DNA of 64,000 bases, from positions 3,038,001 to 3,102,000 of the forward strand of contig NC_083446.1 in the NCBI RefSeq assembly GCF_020745735.1, read 5' to 3'. Source of the DNA: Hemiscyllium ocellatum. Taxonomy: Eukaryota. The notes under the pieces are model-generated. The model did not search any database, was not told where the DNA came from, and worked only from the letters and a program-made list of their open reading frames with translations. A program made the translations under genes and the position numbers. The first letter of the stretch is position 1. Every line of letters starts with the position of its first letter. Shown here piece after piece: positions 10,541-22,340 of the stretch.

Positions 10541-12279
10541 AGGGTGTACTCTTGATGCTGGTTTCTATGGTTTCCGTGAGGTGACACTTGAGAAGACTGG
10601 GCCTACATTCTTTGGAGTTTAGAATTATAAAGGAAATAACACTTTTACGGGGGGGGGGAGGGGTCACAGGGAGGTGGTCACTCCCCCGATCTTGGGTGGG
10701 GAGGTCACAAGCAACTCAGGATAAGGGGCTGGCCATTTTGGACTGAGAGGAGGGGGTGTGTTTTCACTCAGAGAGTGGGGAATCGTGGGAGGGTAGGGTT
10801 GGCTCAGTCACAGAGCGTGTTCAGGGTGGAGGCCGAGAAGACTCTTGACATTAGAGACACGAAGGGACGGTGAGGGGAAAATGGTGTTGAAGGAAGAGTT
10901 CTGCTTGAACAAGGTTACGGGAGAAATAGCCCAGCTTCCTGCACCTATGTTCACTGTAGCTGGAACCCAGAAATCCAGAGGGAGAGAGGAAAGGATGAGT
11001 GGCAGAGGTTGGCTGCGGGGGTGGAAGGTTAGGTGGAGCAGGTTTAGCTGATACCCACTGGGGTTTAGTAGCATGAGAGGCGATCTTATTGACGCCATTA
11101 ATAGTCAGGGGGGGTGGGAGGGTGGTTTGGCAGGGTCCTACCTGGGATAGGCCTGGACAATAATGGAGCATCCCATTAAAGACGAAGATGAGGACGAATT
11201 TCTTCACTCTGAGTGCAGAGAGTCTGTGGAATTCTCACTCCCCCAGAAAGGGTTTGGGTCTTGGGGATGGTGGAGGAAGAGTGACTGATCATAGTCAATG
11301 TCGCTTTCAAGTGGTTTCTGATTGACAATGGTTTTGGAGGAGGTGGAGGGTCACCCCTATAGGTCTGCTATGATCTGATCGAATGGGGTAGCAGAGGCTG
11401 GAAGGGCTCAATGGCCTACTCCTGCTCTTTTTTTAAAAAGAAAGATTTTATTCATATGGACCTTGGGAAAGCCTCATGACACACTTGTACACATACACGC
11501 ACACCAACAAAGTAGTCCATGCTACTCCACGGGATGCCCACCGTTTGTGTTTCTCTGCAAGTTGATTGGTTGCTATGCCCCACAGTAAGTGGGTGACCTT
11601 TATTTGGACCTGAGGTCAAAGGGCAGAGTTGACCAGATCGTGAAAGAACCTAAACTCTGCTGAAGATACTTCACGGTGAGTTCCCATCAGGACACACGTG
11701 CAAGAAAGCCACATTTCAGGTGGTCACAACCACTTACCCGACGGGTAACCAGGTTGGTAGCTGGATGGCGACTGGCTGAACTGTTGCCGTGGGGAACAGT
11801 AAGGTTCCTGGGATGGTTAATAATTTGTTGATTCCTGGGCTTGTCCCAATGCCTGTGAGAGATGTTGGCTAATGGATCCCTATTTTCAGCGATAGGCTTG
11901 CCAGGAGGTCTCTCCAAACGGAGTCACTCTGATTAACGGGCAGTGTTCAGGAATGGGGGGAGAGAGGGATCAGAGCTGCTCCCACTGTCTGGCGTGAGTG
12001 GGCCATTCTCCTGCTATCCAGCAGCTGGTGAATGGAAGACCTTGGAGTTAGGCCTTCCCAGATTAATGTGTCTGACTTACATCTGTTACTCCTTCCAGCT
12101 GGAAGGGCCAGGGCTACGATAAGGAACACACACAGGGAATTGTTAGCTGTGTTTTATTAACTGGGTGTGACTGTGATTGTCAATGGAGTGGCACACAACA
12201 AACATAAAAACAGCAGAAATCTAGAGTCACACACCACACTGGAGGAGTAATGGGCCGTAGCATATGTACCCAGCTCCCC

Positions 12280-13628
12280 CACTGCTCTGTCAGCACTGAG
12301 CCTCCAACAGTGCCCTCTCCGTCAGCACTGACCCTCCGACAGTGCCCGCTCCCTCAGCACTGAGCCTCCGACAGTGCCCGCTCCCTCAGCACTGACTCTC
12401 CGACAGTGCCCGCTCCCTCAGCACTGAGCCTCCGACAGTGCCCGCTCCCTCAGCACTGAGCCTCCAACAGTGCCCTCTCCCTCAGCACTGAGCCTCCAAC
12501 AGTGCCCTCTCCCTCAGCACTGACCCTCCGACAGTGCCCACTCCCTCAGCACTGAGCCTCCGACAGTGCCCGCTCCCTCAGCACTGACCCTCTGACAGTG
12601 CCCGCTCCCTCAGCACTGAGCCTCCAACAGTGCCCCCTCCCTCAGCACTGACCCTCCCACAGTGCGGCACTCCCTCAGCACTGACTCTCCGACAGTGCCC
12701 GCTCCCTCAGCACTGACTCTCCGACAGTGCCCGCTCCCTCAGCACTGAGCCTCCGACAGTGCCCGCTCCCTCAGCACTGAGCCTCCAACAGTGCCCCCTC
12801 CCTCAGCACTGACCCTCCCACAGTGCGGCACTCCCTCAGCACTGACCCTCTGACAGTGCCCACTCCCTCAGCACTGAGCCTCCGACAGTGCCCCCTCCCT
12901 CAGCACTGACCCTCCCACAGTGCGGCACTCCCTCAGCACTGAGCCTCCGACAGTGCCCGCTCCCTCAGCACTGAGCCTCCAACAGTGCCCCCTCCCTCAG
13001 CACTGACCCTCCCACAGTGCGGCACTCCCTCAGCACTGACCCTCTGACAGTGCCCACTCCCTCAGCACTGAGCCTCCGACAGTGCCCCCTCCCTCAGCAC
13101 TGACCCTCCCACAGTGCGGCACTCCCTCAGCACTGACCCTCCAACAGTGCCCCTTCCCCCAGCACTGACCTGCTAACAGTGCCCCTTCCCCCAGCACTGA
13201 CCTGCTAACAGTGCCCGCTCCCCCAGCACTGACCCTCTGACAGTGCCCGCTCCCCCAGCACTGAGCCTCCGACAGTGCCCACTCCCTCAGCACTGACCCT
13301 CCAACAGTGCCCGCTCCCCCAGCACTGACCCTCTGACAGTGCCTGCTCCCTCAGCACAGACCCTCCGACAGTGCGGCACTCCCTCAGCACTGACCCTCCG
13401 ACAGTGCCTGCCCCCTCAGCACTGACCCTCCCACAGTGCCTGCTCCCTCAGCGCTGACCCACCCACAGTGCCTGCTCCCTCAGCGCTGACCCTCCGACAG
13501 TGTCCGCTCCCTCAGCACTGATCCTCTGACAGTGCAGCACTCCCTCAGCACTGACCCTCCTACAGTGCCTGCTCCCTCAGCACTGACCCTCCAACAGCGC
13601 CTGCTCTCTCAGCACTGACCCTCCCGAC
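12280..13628 (-). repeat. 32-bp minisatellite array in inverted orientation (about 42 copies)
   Basis: Unit CCCTCAGCACTGACCCTCCGACAGTGCCCACT is the reverse complement of the arrays at 1-455 and 1484-2265. Confidence 0.97.
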
Positions 13629-14094
13629 ATCTGTCACGTTCTGGGATAACGAACTGTACAGTTTAATGACCCTTTCAGTGAAGTAATATCTCCTCTTCTC
13701 TATTCTAAATCAGCCACCTCCTTCGAACGATGACCTCACATTATGGGTCACCCCAGATGAGAAAACATCTTCTCTCTAGATCCTTCGTCAATCCCTTTGA
13801 ACATCTTGTATACCTCAATTAGATCACCTCTCCTCCTTGGAAACTTCAGGGGATATTGTGCTGAACTGCTGAATCTGTCTGGCATGGTCAGCAGCAGACC
13901 CTGTAAGGTTAGGTGAGATGATGTAAATTTGGCAGGTGGGCTGTAATGTAGAAAAATATGAGATTGTCCACTTTGGTGGGAAGAAGAGAGGGGATTCTTT
14001 AAATAGAGAGAAAGAGAGACTGCGGGACGTTTTGGTATAGAATGATTCCAGCGAACTGGTAAACGAATCAATAACTCAGCATTTCGCTACAGTA

Positions 14095-14590
14095 AGTCAT
14101 AGAGATGTACAGCACAGGAACAGACCCTTCGGCCCAACCTGTCCATGCCGACCCAGATATCTTTAACCCAATCTAGTCCCACCTGCCAGCACCCGGCCCA
14201 TATCCCTTCCCATTAATATACCCATTCAGGTGCCTTTTAAGTGTTGTCATTGTACCAGCCTCCACCACTTCCTCTGGCAGCTCATTCCATACACGTACCA
14301 CCCTCTGTGTGAAAAAGTTACCCCTTAGGTCCCTTTTATATCTTTCCCCTCTCACCCTAAACCTATGCCCCTCTAGTTCTGGACTCCCTGACCCCAGGGA
14401 AAAGAATTTGCCTATTTATTCTATCCATGCCCCTCATAATTTTGTAAACCTCTATAAGGTCACCCCTCAGCCTCCGACGCTCCAGGGAAAACAGCCCCGG
14501 CCTGTTCAGCCTCTCCCTGTAGCTCAAACCCTCCAACCCTGGCAACACCCTTGTAACTTTTTTCTGAACCCTTTCAAGTTTCACAACACC
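14095..14590 (-). mobile_element. CR1 LINE 3' end
   Basis: ORFs 14173-14355 and 14363-14620 carry CR1 ORF2 C-terminal motifs. Confidence 0.9.
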
Positions 14591-14659
14591 TTTTCGACAG
14601 TAATTAGGAAGGCAAATCAAATTTCGGGTCTTTATTCAAGTGGAGGCCTTGTTATAGCT

Positions 14660-14815
14660 GGGAGAAAGTGAGGACTGCAGATGCTGGAGATCAGAGTCGA
14701 GAGTGGGGTGCTGGAAGAGCACAGCAGGTCAGGCAGCATCCGAGGAGCAGGTGAATCGACATTTTGCCCTTCGTCAGGAATGTGCCAGCCATAATGCCCG
14801 AAATGTCGACTCTCG
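14660..14815 (-). mobile_element. Penelope-like terminal repeat remnant with a decayed hammerhead motif
   Basis: The reverse strand has CTGACGAAGGGC-AAAATGTCGATT...CTGCTCCTCGGATGCTGCC. Related copies lie at 52950-53070 and 54610-54725. Confidence 0.6.
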
Positions 14816-14929
14816 GGGGTGGAGGGGTGGAGTTGAGGCGACACCAATGATCAAATTGAATTACAGACAGACTCAAGGGACTGAATGCAGACTCAAGGGG
14901 CTGAATGGCCTCTTCCAGTTCTGACTAAT

Positions 14930-15630
14930 TCTTAACATTCAATGGTATTCCCATGATTGAATCCCCCACCACCAACATCCTGGGGGTTACCATTGACCAG
15001 AAACTCAACCGGACTCACCACATCAACCCAGCGGCTCCAAGAGCAGGTCCGAGGCTGGGAATCCTGCAGCGAGTAACTCCCCTCCTGACCCCCCCAAAGC
15101 CTGTCCCACCATCTACAAGGCCCAAGGCAGGAGGGGGAGGGAACACTCCCCACTTGCCCCTGGATGGGGACAGCTCCAACAACACTCAAGAAGCTCGACA
15201 CCATCCAGGGACAAAGCAGCCCCCGCTGGATTGGCCCCACACCCACAAACACCCCCTCCCCCCACCGACGCTCAGTAGCAGCAGTGTGTACCAGCTACAA
15301 GATACACTGCAGAAACTCACCAAAGACCCTCAGGCAGCACCTTCCAAACCCACGGCCACTTCCATCCTGAAGGACAAGGGGCAGCAGATACACGGGAACA
15401 CCACCCCCTGCACGTTCCCCTCCGAGCCCCTCACCATCCCGACTTGGAAATATCTCACTGTTCCCTCAGTGTGGCTGGGTCAGAATCCTGGGATTCCCTC
15501 CCTAAGGGACACTGTGGGTGCGGCTACACATATTCAAGAAAGCAGCTCACCCCCCACCTTCTCAAAGGGGCAATTAGGGATGGGGCAATGAACACTGGAC
15601 CCTCACAAAGCCCATGAATGGTTAAAAAAA
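14930..15630 (+). mobile_element. Non-LTR retrotransposon 3' fragment (CR1/L2 group, distinct family)
   Basis: ESPTTNILGVTIDQKLN..HIN is the post-RT LG...D..L motif. It is frameshifted and ends in the tail GGGCAATTAGGGATGGGGCAAT. Confidence 0.8.
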
Positions 15631-16726
15631 GTGCAAATCAGATTGAATGAGGCTTGGTCTGGGAGAGCCAGGGATGGTCTGGGGAGGGAGGTGACGCTTT
15701 GGCTTTTTGACAGAGTTGTTCCAGAAATCTCGGAAGGAATTCGCAATTCCACACCCGACACAAGATGTGAGGGAGAGAGAGGAGAGAGAGAGTTGGAGGT
15801 GACTCTCATGTTTCACCCCTACACCCCTCTCGTGACCCTTGGGCTGTTTAGCGGCTCCCATCTTGTGAACACTGGCCTTGTCACTAAGATGTCCTCCATG
15901 CTCTCCCCCCAGCCCCTGGTTAAAAGTCACGCGCTTCAGAAGCAGGGCACATGAACGAGGAACTCCCCGGGGTTGAGGGGGGGAGGGGGGTTGTGGACGG
16001 GTGTGAGGTCGAGGAACATGAAGGGGAAGGGTGCCGTGGGGGCGGGGGTGGGCGGGCGAGGGACGGTGTTCTGGACGGAGGAGGTCCGGGGGGAGGGGAG
16101 TGGGGATGGTGGTTGAGGGAGAAAGAACATTCCTTTACATACCGCCGGACCCAACCCCACCAAACCCCCCACCCTGTCAGCGAGCCTCACCCCAGACTCA
16201 CAGAAGAAACGTTGCCCGTTGACCACGATTGGGCTGTTAGACTCGCCACAACATCCTCCCAGTGCCTCGGGATCACAGCGTCTTTCACAACGACAGCAGC
16301 TGTGATAGGAAGGAGCGAGTATGTGGCCTTCCCCCCCCAATCCCTGGCCTCTGGGCGGTTGAGTTCCTCTGGTACTATTTATATCGAACGAACGAATGAC
16401 GACGCGATTCCTCAACTCGGTCGTCTCGCGGCAGTCGCCCAGCCTCGGTGGAATGTAACGTTTCGGACTGGCCTCCCCCACACTCCACCACCGAGTGAAT
16501 TTAACAGAAACCGTGCCCCTCGAACGCTCCAGCGGTGGCTTCCGTTCAGTTCCAAACCCCCGCCCCCACCATCTTCCTGCCTCTGGTTTTCCGCTCTCAA
16601 TCCACTACGCCCTCTTGACCTTTCTGTTAGGCCTCGACAGCCCACCCACCCTCTCAGTGTGGGGGCTGTTGGGGCAAAGAGAAGGGATTGGGGGTGGGGA
16701 AGGTGGGGTGGGGAGGTGGGCAGTCA

Positions 16727-17210
16727 GAGATTCCCTACAGTGTGGAAACAGGCCCTTTGGCCCAACAAGTCCATACAGACTCTCTGAAGAGTAACCCACC
16801 CAGACCCATTCCCCATTATTCTACATTTACCTCTGACTAATGTGCCTAACCTGCACATCCCTGAACACTATGGGCAATTTAGCATGGCCAATCCATCCTA
16901 ACCTACACATTCCTGGACACTATGGGCAATTTAGCATGGCCAATCCATCCTAACCTACACATCCCTGAACACTACGGGGCAATTTAGCATTGGGAAATTG
17001 TCCCATAGTGCCCAGGGATGTGCAGGTTAGGGTGGATTGACCATGGGAAATTGTCCCATAGTGCCCAGGGATGTGCAGGCTAGGGGCAGTAGTCAGGGTA
17101 AATGAAGGAGAATGGGTCCGGGTGGGTTACTCTTCGGAGGGTTAGTGTGAATGTGTTGGGCTGAATGGTCTGTCTCTACATTGTAGGGATTCTATGATGA
17201 TTCTATGAAT
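16727..17210. repeat. Foldback made of two inverted HE1-like SINE 3' halves with 53-bp internal repeats
   Basis: 16727-16990 and 16991-17210 are imperfect reverse complements (TTCCCTACAGTGTGGA versus CATTGTAGGGATT). Confidence 0.8.
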
Positions 17211-17324
17211 AGACCTGTAACCGGGAGCTGGTCTCAGCGGCTGTGAGATCAGGCATTTGGACAGGTACATTAAATGGAAAGGTTTGGAGGGTCGAATGCA
17301 CTCTCAGGGGATGGTCTATTATAT

Positions 17325-18172
17325 TACCATGGATCGTTATTCCCGAAATCCAGGTTCGATTCCCGCCAGGGAAGATGGGAGAATTGAAATTCAATAAAAA
17401 AAAACTGGAATTAAGGTTCTAATGACGACCATTGCCGATTGTCAGAAAAAAATCCCTTCTAGTTCACTAACGTCCTTCAGGGAGGAACCTGCCATAGAAT
17501 CATAGAATCCCTACAGTGTGGAAAGAGGCCCTTCAGCCCAACAGGTCCACACTGACCCTCCAAAAAGTAACCCACCCAGACCCATTCCCCTACCCGATAT
17601 TTACCTCTGACTAATGCACCTAAACTGCACATCCCTGGACACGATGAGACAATTTCCCATGGCCAACCCACTCTAACCTGCACATCCCTGGGCACTATGA
17701 GACAATTTCCCATGGCCAACCCACTCTAACCTGCACATCCCTGGGGACTATGGGACAATTTCCCACGGCCAATCCACCCTAACCTGCACATCCCTGGGCA
17801 CTATGGGACAGTTTAGCATGACCAATCCACCCTAACCTGCACATCCCTGGGCACTATGGGACAATTTCCCATGGCCAATCCACCCTAACCTGCACACCTT
17901 TGGACTGTGGGAGGAATCCGGAGGACCCGGAAGAAACCCACGCAGACAGAGGGAGAACATGCAAACTCCACACAGTACCGAACCTAGGTCCCCGGCGCTG
18001 TGAGGCAACAGTGCTAACCACTAAGCCACCCTCATCTGGTCTGGTCACATGTGACTCCAGACCCACCATAATGTCATTGACTCTTAACTGCATTCTGAGT
18101 TGAGCTGCATGAGACACTCAATCCAGGGGCAATTAGGGATGGGGACCAAATGCTGACCTCACCAGCGACATC
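17325..18172 (+). mobile_element. SINE host with a nested antisense HE1-like SINE (about 17495-18030) carrying a 53-bp tandem expansion
   Basis: Host TTCACTAACGTCCTTCAGGGAGGAACCTGCC resumes at 18031 with CTGGTCTGG..ACATGTGACTCCAGACCCAC...GGGCAATTAGGGATGGG. Period is 53 (AACCTGCACA at 17781 and 17834). Confidence 0.85.
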
Positions 18173-19244
18173 ATGGTGATAACAAAAGAAAATTGAAAAG
18201 CTGACTCATTATCTCTACGGGAGCCTTGCCGGGCACAAGTTCTGTTGTGGGGAATATCAAAAAGAAACTCTGTAAAAATTCAGAACTGGGTGTAAGGAAT
18301 TCCCTATTCCCCAAGGCAAATTCCCAGGTTTGTACAAATCCAAGGTCTCTCCGCCTGCAAGGCGCCTTCAGATGGGAAAGGATGCAGTACACAGGGCTAA
18401 TCGAAGAATGGGTTTTGCTTTACCACATGTGGGGTACATTACTCGCCAACTTAAGGACACAAATTATCTTTCAATTTCCTCTTCTTTGAGCTTCTCCCAT
18501 TTTACTTGGCGTCACCACTGTGCCCAGTAGGCCAATCATCTCTATTTCTGGCCGTTGAGTCACCCATTGCTTTTCCAATCCCATGGCGTTTCATTCACTT
18601 CCCTGCTGCATCTGTTCTGAGTCTTTCCTCATTTCCCTCCTCTTCCTGGCTGTCCCATCTTTGTCACTTGCCTCACCACACGTCCCCCTCCCTCCCTCGC
18701 GGCGCAGCTGTTTCCAGCACTTCATGGCTCATTTCTTACGACCTAGCCACAATCTTCACCGGTCTGCTGATGAACTGGTTCCTGATCTCCCGGCTCCACT
18801 TGTCTAGCCTCACCGTCACTGGCTCCCAGTCATTATTCCTCCCTGCTTTGTTTTGGCTGGGATTTCTGGACAATGCAACAAGACGGGTCTCAAAACAGCC
18901 TTCCTTTCACTTTCTTCCCTTGTTGAGCATTTTACACTGACCAAAAATGTGCTCGTTCAATTTCTACATGAGAAAGCAGGCCATTCGGCCAATCGCATCT
19001 ACACTGACCCTCCGAAAAGCATCTAACCTAGACCCATTCCATTCCGATAACCCTGCAGTTCCCATGGCTGACTCAACTAACCTGCACATCCCTGGGCACT
19101 ATGGGACAATTTCCCATGGCCAACCCACTCTAACCTGCACATCCCTGGACACTATGGGACAATTCAATAAAAATGGTGACCATTGCCAATTGTCAGAAAA
19201 AAATCCCTTCTAGTTCACTAACGTCCTTCAGGGAGGAACCTGCC

Positions 19245-19900
19245 ATAGAATCATAGAATCCCTACAGTGTGGAAACAGGCCCTTCAGCCCAACAGGTCCA
19301 CACTGACCCTCCAAAACGTAACCCACCCAGACCCATTCCCCTACCCGATATTTACCTCTGACTAATGCACCTAAACTGCACATCCCTGGGCACTATGAGA
19401 CAATTTCCCACGGCCAACCCACCCTAACCTGCACATCCCTGGGCACTATGGGACAATTTCCCATGGCCAATCCACCCTAACCTGCACATCCTTGGGCACT
19501 ACGGGATTATTTAGCATGGCCAATCCACCCTGACCTACACACCCCTGGACACTATGGGACAACTTCCTATGGTCAATCCACCTCAACCTGCACATCCCTG
19601 GACACTATGGGACAATTCCCCATAGCCAATCCACCCTAACCTACACATCCTTGGACACTACAGGATTATTTAGCATGGCCAATCCACCCTAACCTGCACA
19701 TCCCTGGACACTATGGGACAATTTCCCATGGCCAATCCACCCTAACCTGCACAACTTTGGACTATGGGAGGAAACTGGAGCATCTGTAGGAAACCCCTGC
19801 AGACATGGGGAGAACGTGCAAACTTCACATCGACAATTGCCTGAGGATGGAATCAAACCAGGGTCCCTGGCATTGGGAGGCAGCAAATGCTAACCACGGA
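19245..19900 (-). mobile_element. HE1-like SINE with a 53-bp tandem expansion (about 7 units)
   Basis: Repeated CTATGGGACAATTTCCCATGGCCAATCCACCCTAACCTGCACATCCCTGGACA, then the SINE head. Confidence 0.85.
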
Positions 19901-20473
19901 GACTAATACATCCACCCATGGGGTCTGGATGAGTTCATTCAGATTAATGGCTGCACGTATGACAACATGACCTCTCTTCCTCTCAGAGATATCTGGGGGG
20001 TGGGAGGAGGTGCTGGTGGTGATGGTGCTCCATTGAGTCAATGTTTCCAGCACTGCTGGAGGGTGAGTCACTAGAGGGACAGAACTGGGCAAAAAAATCC
20101 AAGAGGGGAGAGGAGGAGAATGATTGATTTGAGGCACTGATTTGTGGTGATCTGGGACAGCTACCTGAAAGGGAGGGGAAGGGTGTAGCAGATTCAACCA
20201 GAACTTTCAAAACTGGGTAAATGCTTGAAAAAGAGCTGCCATTTCCTTGATTGGCTCAATGGCCTGATCCTGTATCACATGATGTTTCATGAGTTTAACT
20301 TCTGGGTTTTATTTTTAAAAGCATAAAATGATATCAATCTGACAGTTACAACATGACATAATCGTCCTTTCTCCTTCCCATTCATCGGAAGTGTCTCATT
20401 TCAGTGAGTTAACCACTCAACTGTATATCCTGAGAGAAATAATGCTCTCATCAACATTCAATGGCCCAGTTTC

Positions 20474-20502
<29 letters not shown>
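20474..20502 (+). repeat. (CA)n microsatellite
   Basis: About 14 CA units, read directly. Confidence 0.95.
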
Positions 20503-20505
<3 letters not shown>

Positions 20506-20514
20506 CAGGGAGGC

Positions 20515-20810
20515 GATGTAGGGGATGGAGGGGGGGTGACAGAGAAAGGGAGGGGGTAGGGACTGGAGGGGGTTACAGAGATAGGGAGGGGGTGTAGGGG
20601 CTGGAGGGGGGTTACAGAGATAGGGAGGGGGTGTTGGGGCTGGAGGGGGGTTACAGAGATAGGGAGGGGGTGTTGGGGCTGGAGGGGGGTTACAGAGATA
20701 GGAAGGAGGTATAGGGGCTGGAGGGGGTGACAGAGATAGGGAGGGGGTGTAGGGACTGTAGATGGTGACAGAGATAGTGAGGGGGTGTACGGGCTGGAGA
20801 GGGTGACATA
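20515..20810 (-). repeat. 38-bp minisatellite in inverted orientation
   Basis: TTACAGAGATAGGGAGGGGGTGTAGGGGCTGGAGGGGG units, the reverse complement of 885-1440. Confidence 0.93.
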
Positions 20811-21359
20811 GATCAATACAGAATGGGTGAAATTATTTGACAACCATTCTGATCTGCTGATGCTAATGCTGGAGGGTCAGGATGGGAGGTTTGTGTGTAC
20901 CTGACAATGGCAGTGTAATCTGGGAATACAATCCCTCCCTCCTGCCCTGATAATGACAGAGGATACAGACAGATTACAAGCACAGGCTTAAAGGGACTCT
21001 TATGGGACAGTGATGTTGTCCCCAACTGAGAGACAGAAGAGCTCCACGAACAACCTGCTTCTGATGTGCATAACAATATATTCTTTAAAATTCATGCTAA
21101 TATTTCTAAAAGTCTACAAAGTGTTGGTTCTATCTTTTGGCTGTTAGCTCTGAAACCTCCCGAAATCCCATTTCGAACAGCCAACAAAACAAGGCCTTCC
21201 CCTATGAAGTGAGACAAGAAACTATTTAAATTTGTAAATGGCACTCTGGGAGAACAAGCTAGGGACATTCCGAATCAGGAAAGGGCTGTTGGTTGGATTG
21301 AGTCAACGAGGGAGGAAAGTGTTCCCAGGGACAAGAGGGTTGGTCACCAGAGGGACATG

Positions 21360-21885
21360 GATTAGAATCATCGAGATGTACAGCTCAGAAACAGACCCTT
21401 CGTTCCAAATCATCCACGCCGACCAGATATCCTGAACTAAACTAGTCGCATTTGCCAGCATTTGTCCTATATCCCTCCAAACCCTTCCTATTCATATACC
21501 CATCCAGATGCCTTTTAAATGTTGTCATTGTACCAGCCTCCACCACATCCTCTGGCAGCTCATTCCATACAAGTACCACCCTCTGTGTGAAAAAGTTGCC
21601 CCTTAGGTCCCTTTTAAATCTTTCCCCTCTCATCCTAAACCTATGCCCTCTCGTTCTGGACTCCCCCACCCCAGGGAAAAGACCTTGTCTGTTAACCCTA
21701 TCCATGTCCCTCATGATTTTATAAACCTCTATAAGGTCACCCCTCAACTTCCAACATACCAGCGAAAACAGCCCCAGCCTGTTCAGCCTCTCCCTTTAGC
21801 TCAAACCCTCCGACAACCTAGTAAAACCTTTCTGAACCCTTTTAAGTTTCACAACATTCTTCTTATAGCAGGGTGACCAGAATTG
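21360..21885 (-). mobile_element. CR1 LINE 3' end
   Basis: ORF 21442-21747 RGDLIEVYKIMR...SRTRGHRF...FFTQRVV.VWNELP. Confidence 0.92.
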
Positions 21886-22206
21886 CTGGACTGAAGGGAA
21901 TTGGGACAAGCACTCGAGGGAGGGATGAGGAAAAATTTGGTGCTGATTTCAGAACCCAGTACCTTGGAAGGCTGGTGGAAGCCAACTCCAGTGACAATGG
22001 ATAAAAGCTCGAAAAGGCAACATTTGCAAGACCAAGTGGAAATAATTGGGGTGGTCTAGATTCGATGGGCTGAACAGCAGCCTGTGTGAGGCTACAATGC
22101 AATTACACTCGTCCTCTCGATGTTACAAACGCGTCTCAATAACGCAGCCCCATGAAACAGCAAGTTGAGTTAAAGCCCCTTCCCTTGCAACAGGTTAAAG
22201 CCTCAC

Positions 22207-22340
22207 CAATTCGCTCAGGGTCCGGCTGCTCCTGGTCACAGTCGCTGGTAAATCGGTGAGCAAGTGTCTTTCCTCGTCAGCATGTGCCAGAACTTCCTGC
22301 TCGCTTCTCGGTCTCTCTCTGAGTAGGGCGTTTCCGAGCA
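22207..22340 (-). other. FERMT3: Candidate non-coding exon 1 / proximal promoter of FERMT3
   Basis: Unique, CpG-containing sequence with donor AATTG|gtgagg at 22207/22206 and ETS motif GCAGGAAGTT at 22291-22300 (minus). It lies downstream of the STIP1 3' end, and the FERMT3 start exon has an acceptor that needs an upstream exon. The 5' boundary is unknown. Confidence 0.42.

Noticed and set aside
12280-13628. CACAGTG heptamers resembling V(D)J recombination signals
   Set aside because: They are variants of the minisatellite unit. There is no ACAAAAACC nonamer at 12/23 spacing and no Ig or TCR segments.
14953-15591. 212-aa ORF as a host gene
   Set aside because: Frameshifted LINE ORF2 remnant.
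15951-16787. 278-aa ORF, the longest in the track
   Set aside because: Low-complexity and GC-rich with no recognisable domain. It ends inside a SINE and is antisense within a FERMT3 intron.
18506-18940. 144-aa ORF or a hidden exon on either strand
   Set aside because: No recognisable homology, the reverse frame I checked has stops, and the region is better explained as regulatory sequence.
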